Positions 10,268-19,719 of a DNA stretch of 35,015 nt are shown one piece after another. The stretch's first letter is position 1. Each line of letters starts with the position of its first letter. The position numbers and the translations under genes are program-made. This stretch comes from an uncultured Robiginitalea sp. (GTDB taxonomy: Bacteria > Bacteroidota > Bacteroidia > Flavobacteriales > Flavobacteriaceae): positions 1 to 35,015 of the forward strand of contig CAZUZE010000002.1 in the NCBI GenBank assembly GCA_964624565.1, given 5' to 3'. Under the pieces are notes generated by a model that saw only the letters and a program-made list of their open reading frames with translations, made no database searches and was not told where the DNA came from.

Positions 10268-11245
10268 CTAGATGGGCATGCGCTTGTTGATGGTGTCCAG
10301 GGACACGTTCAGGAAGATGTTTGTGCCGATATCCAGTGGGGAGTCCGAATTGAAGTAGACGCTTCTTCCAGATTCCATCAGGCCATGGACCCTGTAATAG
10401 CGACCCATATAATAGTTCTGCCTCACCGTGACGGGCATGCCCGATTTCTGGGAAATCCGGAATTCGTGCGAGTAAACGATGATGTTCCGGGTGGTGGAGG
10501 CGTAGGATTTCAGCACTTCGATGGGTACGAGGTTGGCTTCCCCCAGCAGTTCGGCCGTATACAGGTTCCTGGGTTTTTCAAAAAGCTCGTCGGTTTGCCG
10601 GAGATCGAGGATGCCGCGGTCTTTGAGCACCATTACCCTGTCGGCAAACGGCAGGACGTCGTGGTAGTCATGTGTGGCGCAAATACAGCTTATTTTCTCC
10701 TTTTTGAGAAAACCGAAGAGGTCCCGGCGCAATTTGTTGCGGCGGAAATGGTCGATGTGGCTGAAGGGCTCATCGAGCAGGATAACCTCGGGCCTGAGGG
10801 CCAGCACCCTTGCCAGGGCGACCCGTTGCTGTTCTCCCCCGCTGAGGAACTGCACCTTGGTGTCCCTGTAGGGTTCCAGCCCCATGGTCTCGAGCAGTTC
10901 CCGGGTCCTGGCAGCCATCTGATCCGGGTCGGCCGGTGAGAGGAACTTGCTGATGTTCTCCGCGACGGTGGCATAGGGCATCAGGTCAAAATCCTGGGCA
11001 AGGTACTTGATGTAGTCCCCCCCGGCGACCAGTTGGAATGCGGGACCCTTAATCTCGTGTTGCTTCCACCGGATGCTCCCTTCTTCAAAGGGCAGCGCCC
11101 CGTAGAGCAGTTTGAGAAGGGTGCTCTTTCCGCAGCCACTCTCCCCCATAACAGCCACGTGTTCCCCTTCGGAAACCTTGAAAGTAAGGTCCTCCAGGAC
11201 CAAATGCCGTTCATAGGCGAAAGACAGGTTTTGAACCTTGAGCAT
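10268..11245 (-). CDS. ABC transporter ATP-binding protein (FbpC/PotA-like, with C-terminal extension)
   Basis: Walker A GESGCGKS, signature LSGGEQQR, Walker B ILLDEP and H-loop ATHD. Confidence 0.9.
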   Translation of the reverse strand: MLKVQNLSFAYERHLVLEDLTFKVSEGEHVAVMGESGCGKSTLLKLLYGALPFEEGSIRWKQHEIKGPAFQLVAGGDYIKYLAQDFDLMPYATVAENISKFLSPADPDQMAARTRELLETMGLEPYRDTKVQFLSGGEQQRVALARVLALRPEVILLDEPFSHIDHFRRNKLRRDLFGFLKKEKISCICATHDYHDVLPFADRVMVLKDRGILDLRQTDELFEKPRNLYTAELLGEANLVPIEVLKSYASTTRNIIVYSHEFRISQKSGMPVTVRQNYYMGRYYRVHGLMESGRSVYFNSDSPLDIGTNIFLNVSLDTINKRMPI

Positions 11246-11296
11246 GCTGCTGTATCAAGCGCTTCCCGGGGAAACGCATCTGAGTTTTAAGGGTGG

Positions 11297-13450
11297 CTAC
11301 TCCTTGAAATCCTTGAGGACGGCCTTGTTGGGAAGGGATTCATACCCCATGTTGTAAAAGGTAAAGCCAAAGATATCCGCGTATTGCTCGATGGTCTTGC
11401 TCACGGGTGTTCCGGCCCCGTGTCCTGCATTGGTTTCAATTCGTATCAGGACCGGTGCTTCCCCCCCGTGTTTTTCCTGCAGGGTGGCGGCGTATTTAAA
11501 GCTATGGGCAGGAACGACCCGGTCATCGTGGTCCCCGGTTGTGACCAGGGTTGCGGGATAGGCAACCCCTTCCCTGATATTGTGGAGGGGGGAGTACCCT
11601 TTCAGGTATTCAAACATCTCCTCACTCTGCTCCGAGGTGCCGTAGTCATAGGCCCACCCGGCACCCGAGGTAAAGGTATGGTAGCGGAGCATATCGAGGA
11701 CCCCTACCGCCGGAAGGGCCACCTTCATCAGGTCGGGCCGCTGCGTCATGACCGCTCCCACGAGAAGTCCCCCGTTTGAACCCCCCCGTATGGCGAGGTA
11801 TTCCGGACTGGTATACCCTTCGGAAATCAGGTATTCCGCTGCGGCGATAAAGTCGTCAAAGACGTTTTGCTTCTTCATTTTGGTCCCCGCGTCGTGCCAT
11901 TTTTTTCCATATTCCCCACCGCCGCGCAGGTTGGGCACGGCGTACACGCCACCCTGCTCCATCCAGATGGCGTTGACCGTGCTGAAACCCGGGGTAAGGC
12001 TGACGTTGAACCCGCCGTACCCATAGAGGATGGTCGGGTTTTTCCCATTTAACTCCAGCCCCTTTTTATGGGTGATCATCATGGGAACCCTTGTGCCATC
12101 TGCAGAGGTATAGAAAACCTGGTGGGATTCATACAGGTCCGGGTCAAAATCGATCTCGGGTTTCCAGTACACCTGATAGTCCCCGGTCTCAACGTTGTAC
12201 TTGTATGAAGACCCGGGGGTGTTGTAGTTCGAAAAACTGAAGTAGATCTCCTTCTGGTCTTTTTTACCCCCAAATCCCCCGGCACTTCCCATGCCCGGGA
12301 GGGTTACCTCGCGCACCAGGTTGCCCTGGTAATCGTATTGCAGCACTTTGGAAAGGGCGTCCACCATGTATTCGGCAAAGAAATACCCCCCTCCGGTGCT
12401 CGGGCTGAGCACATTTTCCGTTTCCGGTATAAAGTCCACCCAGTGCTCCGGCCCCGGGCTGGCCGCATCCACCGTTACGATCCGCTGGTTCGGGGCGTCC
12501 AGGTTTGTGACGATATAGAGTTTGGAACCGACGTTTTCAATGATGTAGCTGTCGCTGTCTTCGTGATCCAGGATGGACACCAGTGGGGCTTCCGGAATCG
12601 AAAGGTCCCGGAGGAACAGCTTATTCCCGGCGGTCGTGTTGCGGGCCGAAATGGAAAGGAAGCGGTCGTCCTCACTGACACTTGCCCCTACGTACCGGTG
12701 CTTCTCTTCCGGGGTGCCCCCGAAGATAAGTTCGTCCTCCGACTGGGGCGTGCCGATCCTGTGGTAGTAGACCTTGTGCTGGTCCGTTTTGGCCGAGAGC
12801 TCGCTCCCCTGGGGCTTGTCATAACTGGAGTAATAAAAACCCTCCTGTCCTTTCCAGGAAATTCCGCTGAATTTTACGTCAGTGATCGTATCCTCAATGA
12901 TTTCACGGGTTTCGGCCCGCATTACGATAATTTTCCGCCAGTCGCTCCCACCCTCGGATATGGCGTAGGCCGCCAGGGAACCGTCCCTGGAAAAACTAAG
13001 GCCTGCCAGGGAGGTAGTGCCATCCTCAGAAAAGCTGTTGGGATCCAGGAACACCTCTTCAGGGCCGTCCCCCAGCTTTCGGTATACCACGGACTGGTTC
13101 TGCAGGCCACTGTTCTTGTAGAAATAGGTGTAGGCCCCTTCCTTGAACGGGGTCCCCAGTTTTTCGTAATTCCACAGCTTTTCAAGGCGCTGTTTCAGCG
13201 CCTCGCGGTACGGGATTTTATCGAGATAGGAAAAAGTGACCTCGTTCTGCTTTGAGACCCAGGCTTCGGTCTCCGGGCTCCGATCATCTTCGAGCCAGCG
13301 ATACGGATCCGGGACTTCTGTTCCAAAGTAGGTGTCTACGGTATCCACTTTACCGGTTTCAGGGTACTCCAGGGCCATTTTTGTATCGGATTTGGTCTGG
13401 CAGGAAAGCAGCAGCCCTGCCAGTATGAGAAAAGCAAAATATTTCGACAT
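11297..13450 (-). CDS. Prolyl oligopeptidase (S9A), predicted lipoprotein
   Basis: Lipobox LLLSC (Cys17), [24 protein letters not shown], catalytic GGSNGG, DHDDRV and AGHG. Confidence 0.95.
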   Translation of the reverse strand: MSKYFAFLILAGLLLSCQTKSDTKMALEYPETGKVDTVDTYFGTEVPDPYRWLEDDRSPETEAWVSKQNEVTFSYLDKIPYREALKQRLEKLWNYEKLGTPFKEGAYTYFYKNSGLQNQSVVYRKLGDGPEEVFLDPNSFSEDGTTSLAGLSFSRDGSLAAYAISEGGSDWRKIIVMRAETREIIEDTITDVKFSGISWKGQEGFYYSSYDKPQGSELSAKTDQHKVYYHRIGTPQSEDELIFGGTPEEKHRYVGASVSEDDRFLSISARNTTAGNKLFLRDLSIPEAPLVSILDHEDSDSYIIENVGSKLYIVTNLDAPNQRIVTVDAASPGPEHWVDFIPETENVLSPSTGGGYFFAEYMVDALSKVLQYDYQGNLVREVTLPGMGSAGGFGGKKDQKEIYFSFSNYNTPGSSYKYNVETGDYQVYWKPEIDFDPDLYESHQVFYTSADGTRVPMMITHKKGLELNGKNPTILYGYGGFNVSLTPGFSTVNAIWMEQGGVYAVPNLRGGGEYGKKWHDAGTKMKKQNVFDDFIAAAEYLISEGYTSPEYLAIRGGSNGGLLVGAVMTQRPDLMKVALPAVGVLDMLRYHTFTSGAGWAYDYGTSEQSEEMFEYLKGYSPLHNIREGVAYPATLVTTGDHDDRVVPAHSFKYAATLQEKHGGEAPVLIRIETNAGHGAGTPVSKTIEQYADIFGFTFYNMGYESLPNKAVLKDFKE

Positions 13451-13526
13451 GAAAATGTGTTTAAAGCCCCTAAAAATAGTTCAAAAACGCCTTTCGGGTT
13501 AACGTTCCCAGGGGTTTAACAGATTT

Positions 13527-14525
13527 TTAAGCGCGTGGGACGAATTGGTTTTTCAAAAGGTATTCGCCAATCTGTACGGCATTGGTTGCGGCCCCTTTGC
13601 GGAGGTTATCTGCTACAATCCAAAGGTTCAGGCTCCGCGGCTGGCTTTCATCCCTGCGGATGCGGCCCACGAAGACCTCGTCCTTTCCGCGGGCGGAAAC
13701 AGGCATCGGATACAGGTTTGCCTCCGGGGCATCCTGAAGGACAACCCCAGGGGTCCCCGAAAGGATTTCCCGGACCTCATGGAGGTCAAAATCCTCGTGG
13801 AATTCCACGTTTACTGATTCTGAGTGCCCCCCGTCCGTCGGGATCCTGACTGCGGTGGCTGTGATGGAAAAGGTACGGTCGTCCAGGATTTTCTGGGGCT
13901 CCCTGGCGAGCTTCATCTCCTCTTTGGTGTATCCGTTTTCCTGGAACACATCGCAGTGCGGGAGGGCGTTTTTATAAATGGGATGCGGGTAGACCCTGTT
14001 CCCCTCAATCCCGGCAACCTCATCCTCCAGTTGCCGGACCGCCCCAACCCCGGTGCCCGAAACGGACTGATAGGTGGAGACCACCACCCTTTTCATTCTG
14101 TATTTCCTGTGCAGCGGTGCCAGGACCATGACAAGTTGTATGGTGGAACAGTTCGGATTGGCGATAATCCTGTCGGCCGGCCCCAAAACCGGGGCATTGA
14201 TTTCAGGGACGATGAGCTTTTTATCCGGATCCATGCGCCAGGCGGAGGAATTGTCGATTACGTAGGTTCCTGCAGCGGCGAATTTGGGCGCCCACTCCAT
14301 GGAGGTTGAAGCCCCTGCCGAGAATAGCGCCATATCCGGCCGGGAGGCGAGGGCCTCCTGCATGCCGATTACGCGAATATCCTCCCCCCGGAACCGGAGG
14401 GTTTTGCCAAGGGACCGCTCCGATGCCACGGGCAGGAGCTCATCAACCGGGAAGTTCCGCTCCTCAAGTACCTTCAACATTACTGCCCCCACCATGCCGG
14501 TGGCACCTACTACTGCCAGTTTCAT
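13527..14525 (-). CDS. asd: Aspartate-semialdehyde dehydrogenase
   Basis: VVGATGMVG, DNSSAWRM, ANPNCSTIQ, STYQSVSG and DNLRKGAATNAVQI. Confidence 0.96.
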   Translation of the reverse strand: MKLAVVGATGMVGAVMLKVLEERNFPVDELLPVASERSLGKTLRFRGEDIRVIGMQEALASRPDMALFSAGASTSMEWAPKFAAAGTYVIDNSSAWRMDPDKKLIVPEINAPVLGPADRIIANPNCSTIQLVMVLAPLHRKYRMKRVVVSTYQSVSGTGVGAVRQLEDEVAGIEGNRVYPHPIYKNALPHCDVFQENGYTKEEMKLAREPQKILDDRTFSITATAVRIPTDGGHSESVNVEFHEDFDLHEVREILSGTPGVVLQDAPEANLYPMPVSARGKDEVFVGRIRRDESQPRSLNLWIVADNLRKGAATNAVQIGEYLLKNQFVPRA

Positions 14526-14544
14526 GTGCATTCCTTTAGTTGCT

Positions 14545-14552
14545 CAAAAGTA
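14545..14552 (-). promoter_or_regulatory. -7 promoter element (TActTTTG) for asd
   Basis: CAAAAGTA on + reads TACTTTTG on -, just upstream of the asd start. Confidence 0.6.
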
Positions 14553-14637
14553 GGTAAGCCGCTGCGTTCTTCAAAGTATAAAGAGCACCCTCTACAAAGC
14601 ACCTTGTGATTGTTTCATTTGCCACGGGCAATGGATT

Positions 14638-14669
14638 AAAAAAACCGCCCCGATGTCACGGAGCGGCTT
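14638..14669 (-). terminator. Rho-independent terminator downstream of mscL
   Basis: Minus strand reads AAGCCGCTCCG-TGACAT-CGGGGCGGTT followed by a T run. Confidence 0.8.
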
Positions 14670-14724
14670 GAGGTTAGTAATAGACTGCGGTGCAGCGGCG
14701 TTCGCGCGAAGCGCGCGGAGAAAC

Positions 14725-15135
14725 TCATTTTTTCTTCAGCAGGTCCCGTATTTCCGCCAGGAGTTCTTCCTGGGTAGGCCCCGTGGGTTCGGGTGCGGGG
14801 GCTTCTTTCTTTGCCCGTACCTTGTTGTAGGACTTTACGATCACAAACAGGACAAACCCCACGATGATCAGGTTGATGATGGAATTGATCCAGGCCCCGT
14901 ACCGGATGGCGCTTTCCGGTGTGACCACATTTCCGTCCGGGCCGATAACCGCCTCGGAGAGGACGATCTTGAAGTCCGAAAAATCAATGCCCCCTGTAAA
15001 ATACCCGACAAAGGGCATCATAATGTCATTGACAAAGCCATTGACAACCAGGCCGACGGCACCTGCGAGCAGGACCGCAACCGCGAGGTCAATGACATTC
15101 CCGGTCATGATAAAATCTCTGAATTCTTTAAGCAT
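14725..15135 (-). CDS. mscL: Large-conductance mechanosensitive channel
   Basis: MLKEFRDFIMTGNVIDLAVAV, YGAWINSIIN and C-terminal LLAEIRDLL. Confidence 0.96.
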   Translation of the reverse strand: MLKEFRDFIMTGNVIDLAVAVLLAGAVGLVVNGFVNDIMMPFVGYFTGGIDFSDFKIVLSEAVIGPDGNVVTPESAIRYGAWINSIINLIIVGFVLFVIVKSYNKVRAKKEAPAPEPTGPTQEELLAEIRDLLKKK

Positions 15136-15199
15136 GGCGTTTTTGAATAATGGGTTATCAATGCTAAGGTAGCAAATTTCAGCAGGTCCAAAAGGGAAA

Positions 15200-16309
15200 T
15201 TATCCTTCTATAACCCTTCGAGGTACCCGCTGGGAAATGCCGGCGAGCAGTTCATAGGAAATCGTCCCGGCACCCTGTGCAAGGTCTTCGGCAGAGACTC
15301 CTTCCCCGAAGAAAAGCACTTCGTCCCCCTCGCGGGCATCCAACCCCGTGACGTCCACCATGGTCATGTCCATGCATACATTGCCGATGATCGGCGCGGG
15401 GTTCCCGCGGAGGTAGACGCGCCCTTTTTCCCGCCCGTACTGCCTCCCGATCCCGTCCGCATGTCCGATGGGCAGGGTGGCTGTCAGCCTGGGCACTTCG
15501 GCCTTGTAGCCCTTGTTGTAGCCCACCCATTCCCCCGGATTTACCTGGTGGATCTGCGAGATACGGGTCTTCAGGCAGGCCACGGGCCGCAGGAGGGCGT
15601 CCGTTTGCGGGTCGTTCGAATACCCGTACAGGCCGATCCCTGTCCGCACCATGTCCCACTGGGCTTCGGGGTAGTTCAGCACCCCGGAAGTGTTCAGGAG
15701 GTGTTTAAAGGGCCTTCCATGCAGCAGCGAATCCGACATTGAGGCGATTTCCCGGAAGCGCTGTATTTGCCCGTTGGTAAAGGCTGCTTCCCCCAGGTCA
15801 TCCGAGGCCGCCAGATGGGAAAAGACCGATCGGATCTCCACCTGGGGTTCCCCCTGCAGGCGGGAGGCGATCCAGGGAAGCTCATCCGACTTAAACCCGA
15901 TCCTGTTGAGTCCGGTGTTGAATTTAAGGTGGGCCGGATAGGCGCTCTGATGCCGCTCTTTTGCGACCCGGAGGAAGGCCTCGAGAATCCTGCGGTTGTA
16001 CAGGCTGGGCTCCAGGCAGTGTTCGATAAGCTGTCCCAGGCCATCCGGCTGGGGGTGCAACACCAGGATGGGTGCCCGGACCCCGTTTTGCCTGAGGGCG
16101 ACCCCTTCCCGTGTAAAGGCCACCCCCAGGTAGTCGGCTCCCAAAGCTTCCAGCTTGCGGCCTATGGCAGCCGCTTCGCTTCCGTAGGCAAAGGCCTTTA
16201 CCACGCCGAGCAGGCGGGTCCCGGGGCGGATTCGGGAGCGGATGACCCCGTAGTTGTGCGCCAGGGCACCGAGGTCTATTTCCAGGACGGTTTCAGGGTT
16301 TTTCTCCAT
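15200..16309 (-). CDS. alr: Alanine racemase
   Basis: [18 protein letters not shown] (PLP lysine), [28 protein letters not shown] and TISYELL. Confidence 0.95.
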   Translation of the reverse strand: MEKNPETVLEIDLGALAHNYGVIRSRIRPGTRLLGVVKAFAYGSEAAAIGRKLEALGADYLGVAFTREGVALRQNGVRAPILVLHPQPDGLGQLIEHCLEPSLYNRRILEAFLRVAKERHQSAYPAHLKFNTGLNRIGFKSDELPWIASRLQGEPQVEIRSVFSHLAASDDLGEAAFTNGQIQRFREIASMSDSLLHGRPFKHLLNTSGVLNYPEAQWDMVRTGIGLYGYSNDPQTDALLRPVACLKTRISQIHQVNPGEWVGYNKGYKAEVPRLTATLPIGHADGIGRQYGREKGRVYLRGNPAPIIGNVCMDMTMVDVTGLDAREGDEVLFFGEGVSAEDLAQGAGTISYELLAGISQRVPRRVIEG

Positions 16310-16946
16310 TCCCCGGACTTTTCGAGCTTATGACCTGTGGATCCCTCACTTCCAGCTTGCTGATTTTTTCCTGTAACATGGCCTTGTAGAATGCCGCCCG
16401 GCTCAGCGGTTCGTATTCCTCCGTTTCCCCCAGCAGGACCAGGCGGTCACTCTGGGACTTTCGAAAGCTGTAGTGGGCCAGGTTCCCGGTCCTCGGGCAG
16501 ATGGCGTGCACCTTCGTGACGTATTCCGCCGTGGCCATCAGGGCGGGCATGGGCCCGAAGGGGTTGCCCTTAAAATCCATGTCGAGGCCCGCGACAACGA
16601 CGCGTATGCCGCTGTTGGCCAGGTCATTGCACACGGTAACTATCTCATCGTCAAAAAACTGGGCTTCATCGATGCCCACCACATGGCAGTCATCTGCGAG
16701 CAACCGGATATTCGCCGCGGCGGGAACCGGGGTGGACCGGATTTCATTTTCGTCGTGGGAAACCACCTTCTCATCGTGGTAGCGCGTATCGACGATAGGT
16801 TTGAAGATTTCCACTTTCTGCCGTGCGAACTGGGCGCGTTTCAGCCGGCGTATGAGTTCTTCTGTTTTGCCTGAAAACATCGAGCCGCAGATCACTTCGA
16901 TCCATCCGAATTGTTCTTCCGGGTTGACGGTGTTTTCGAGAAACAT
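16293..16946 (-). CDS. tdk: Thymidine kinase
   Basis: [33 protein letters not shown] and YEPLSR. Confidence 0.96.
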   Translation of the reverse strand: MFLENTVNPEEQFGWIEVICGSMFSGKTEELIRRLKRAQFARQKVEIFKPIVDTRYHDEKVVSHDENEIRSTPVPAAANIRLLADDCHVVGIDEAQFFDDEIVTVCNDLANSGIRVVVAGLDMDFKGNPFGPMPALMATAEYVTKVHAICPRTGNLAHYSFRKSQSDRLVLLGETEEYEPLSRAAFYKAMLQEKISKLEVRDPQVISSKSPGNGEKP

Positions 16947-17052
16947 TTCGTATTTTTAGACTAAATATCGACCCGTCCCGTTTTTACTATGGCCGGGGGG
17001 TATAAAAGTATGAAAAATACGGGCCGGGATTTACGGCCCAGAACAAAACGCT

Positions 17053-17739
17053 ATGAAACGGAAAATTAGGGCTGACTTGGTTGGGCTTGCAAGCCGGATT
17101 CTTTAGGATGATAAAATGACGGGGCTGCAGCAGATCTATGAGCAGGCGCGCAAGCTCTACGAAAAACTCGCCGTACTAAATTTTATCGAGGAAAAGCTCC
17201 AGGACCTCGAAGTAGATGTCAGCAAGAGTACGGTGGCCTCCAAATTTGAAACGATGGCCACGGCCGTGCTGAACGAAAACAAACGGGTCCCCGAGAGCAG
17301 CCCGCATGAGGAGGATATCATCATCCCCGGAATCGACACCATAAAGCACATGGTGTCGGAGATGCCAGGGGGGGAGGAGCTCGAGGAAATCCTTGCGCAA
17401 TTCCTCCAGAAAAATGACTTTGTAAAAAACGATAAGGAAACGGTAACCCCTACCGCAAAGGACATTGCCGGGGTAGCCCCGGCCAGGTCCCTGAACGATA
17501 CCCTTACGGCCAGGGACATTTCCGTCGGACTGAATGACCGCCTGGCTTTTGTCAAGCACCTGTTCAACGACAGCACCGAGGATTTCAACCGCATCCTCTC
17601 CCAGTTGAATACCATGGACTCCCATGAGAACTCCCTGGAATTTATCCATAAGATGGTTAAACCGGAGTACGAGAACTGGAAAGGCAAGGAGGAGTACGAG
17701 GCCCGGTTCCTCGCAATGATCGAGCGGCGCTTTTCCTAG
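17053..17739 (+). pseudogene. Hypothetical protein with an in-frame TAG at codon 18 (intact ORF from ATG 17116, 207 aa)
   Basis: ATG 17053 gives MKRKIRADLVGLASRIL*DDKMTGLQQIYEQARKLYEKL in one frame. The C-terminus GLNDRLAFVKHLF...IERRF resembles a conserved Bacteroidota hypothetical protein as I recall it. Confidence 0.55.
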
Positions 17740-17808
17740 GCGATTAATGTCACCCTGAAAGCCGCCTCACCTCTGCCGGGGTGTCCGGCCCCGGATTCTT
17801 TAGAGCGT

Positions 17809-18483
17809 ATGCATGGATCCCTCTATATCGTGCCCACCCCTATCGGGAACCTCGGGGATATCACCTTCAGGGCACTGGAAGTGCTCAAAGCCGCCGACCT
17901 TATCCTGGCCGAGGATACCAGGACAAGCGGGAAACTCCTGAAACATTTTCAGGTGGACACCCCAGTCCGGTCCTACCACATGCACAATGAACACCGGGTG
18001 CTGGAGCAGGTAGTGGAGCGGATCAAAAGGGGAGACACCCTCGCGCTGATTTCAGATGCGGGGACCCCCGGGATCTCAGACCCGGGGTACCTGCTGATCC
18101 GCGAATGCATTCGGGAAGGGATCTCCGTAAACTGCCTTCCCGGTCCTACCGCACTGATTCCGGCCCTTGTCAACAGCGGCTTTCCTTCGGACCGCTTCGT
18201 TTTCGAAGGGTTCCTGCCTGCTAAAAAAGGGCGCCAAACCCGGTTGGAGCAACTCGCCGGGGAATCCAGGACCCTGGTGCTTTACGAAAGCCCCCACAAA
18301 CTCCTGAAAACCCTCGCCCAGTTCTCGGAGCACTTTGGAGGGGAACGGCGTATTTGCGTCTCCCGGGAACTCACCAAGATGTACGAAGAGACGGTACGCG
18401 GAACGGTGGAGGAGGTCCTGGAACACTTCAGGGAACATCCCCCGAAAGGGGAGCTCGTCCTGGTGGTGGAAGGTCATAAATAG
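17809..18483 (+). CDS. rsmI: 16S rRNA (cytidine1402-2'-O)-methyltransferase
   Basis: LYIVPTPIGNLGDIT, AEDTR, SDAGTPGISDPG, YESPH, RELTKMYEE and KGELVLVV. Confidence 0.96.
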   Translation: MHGSLYIVPTPIGNLGDITFRALEVLKAADLILAEDTRTSGKLLKHFQVDTPVRSYHMHNEHRVLEQVVERIKRGDTLALISDAGTPGISDPGYLLIRECIREGISVNCLPGPTALIPALVNSGFPSDRFVFEGFLPAKKGRQTRLEQLAGESRTLVLYESPHKLLKTLAQFSEHFGGERRICVSRELTKMYEETVRGTVEEVLEHFREHPPKGELVLVVEGHK

Positions 18484-18562
18484 CCTCGCAGCACCCCCGG
18501 GCAGGGGCAAAAGGGAGGGCTGCCGTCAACAGGGCGCCTCACCCGGGACCCGGGCCCGGGGA

Positions 18563-19165
18563 TCAATACACACTGCCGTCGTGTTTGCCCGCTTCCCACC
18601 CGTATTTCGAGAGGTATTTGTTTCCGCTTTCCACCGCCCCTTCCTCTATGGTTGTCCCCATGGAATCATTCCAGCGGTTCAGGAACCCGAAAAGGGAGAT
18701 CACCCCCAGGATCTCGACGATCTCACCTTCATCCCAATACGCATACAGCCTTTTTTTCAGGTCGGCATCCACGGTGTTGGGGACCTGGGAGGCAGCAAGG
18801 GCGAAGTCCAGGGCCGCGCGTTCAGCTTCGCTGAACGAAGAGTGGGTTCGGTACTGCCAGATGTTCTCCAGCTTCTCGCTTTCCCCCCCGTAGCGCTCGG
18901 CGGCCCGAATCGCATGGGCCTGGCAGTATCGGCATCCGGAGGCGTTGCTGCTCACCCAGGCCACCATCCGCTTCAGGGCGGAGGTAACCCTCCCCTCATT
19001 GGCCATAACTGCTTTGTTCAGTTCGATAAAGGCTTTGGAGATGGCCGGCCGGTGTTGCATGGTCAGGACGGAATTGGGGCAAAACCCGAGGGTCTCATTA
19101 AAAAATTCTGCCAGCTTCCAGGTCTCGGGGTCGGTGTTGGGATCCAGGGGGTTCACCAGGGCCAT
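18563..19165 (-). CDS. Carboxymuconolactone decarboxylase / AhpD-like protein
   Basis: LGFCPNS, GCRYCQAH (CxxC-x2-H), SEAERAALDFA and FGFLNRWND. Confidence 0.88.
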   Translation of the reverse strand: MALVNPLDPNTDPETWKLAEFFNETLGFCPNSVLTMQHRPAISKAFIELNKAVMANEGRVTSALKRMVAWVSSNASGCRYCQAHAIRAAERYGGESEKLENIWQYRTHSSFSEAERAALDFALAASQVPNTVDADLKKRLYAYWDEGEIVEILGVISLFGFLNRWNDSMGTTIEEGAVESGNKYLSKYGWEAGKHDGSVY

Positions 19166-19183
19166 AATGGGGGTATTTTATTG

Positions 19184-19191
19184 TACTTTTG
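19184..19191 (+). promoter_or_regulatory. -7 promoter element (TActTTTG) for the OsmC-family gene
   Basis: Exact TAnnTTTG match ending 23 nt upstream of ATG 19215. Confidence 0.55.
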
Positions 19192-19214
19192 ACTTTTACA
19201 AGTAACGAAAAATT

Positions 19215-19643
19215 ATGGCTTCCACCAATTTTGTGACTACCCGGTGGACGGGCAATATGGCTTTCGAGAGCAATAACCCCTCCGGGCACACCTTAAAAAT
19301 AGACGCCAGCCCCGATGAAGGGGGGCAGGGGGACGGGCTCAGGCCCAAGGCACTCATGCTGAGTTCGCTGGCCGGGTGTTCGGGCCTCGATGTCGCATTT
19401 ATCGTCCGCAAGATGAAACTCGAGATCGACGGGTTCCACATCGATATTCGCGCCCGCCTCAGCGAATCAAAGCCACAGACGTACGAACACTTGGACATGG
19501 GATTCCATTTCTGCGGAAAAGACCTTCAGGAAAAGAAGTTGGAGCGGGCCGTGGCCCTGTCGGTGGATTCCTATTGCGGGGTCATGAAGATGTTCCGGAG
19601 TTTTGCCGAGGTCTCGGTCAGCACCCATTTTCATGCGCAATAG
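19215..19643 (+). CDS. OsmC/Ohr family protein (YhfA-like)
   Basis: GLRPKALMLSSLAGCSG and ALSVDSYCGV (two conserved Cys). Confidence 0.88.
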   Translation: MASTNFVTTRWTGNMAFESNNPSGHTLKIDASPDEGGQGDGLRPKALMLSSLAGCSGLDVAFIVRKMKLEIDGFHIDIRARLSESKPQTYEHLDMGFHFCGKDLQEKKLERAVALSVDSYCGVMKMFRSFAEVSVSTHFHAQ

Positions 19644-19719
19644 CTAACCTGTAGAATCCCGGGCAGCTTTCCTGAAAGGCGATTTCAGCGCCCGGGAGCA
19701 TTATAAAGCAAACGTATTG

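Noticed and set aside
17104-17106. Pyrrolysine or genome-wide TAG reassignment
   Set aside because: TAG terminates several conserved genes at their expected ends in this window, and there are no pyl genes here.
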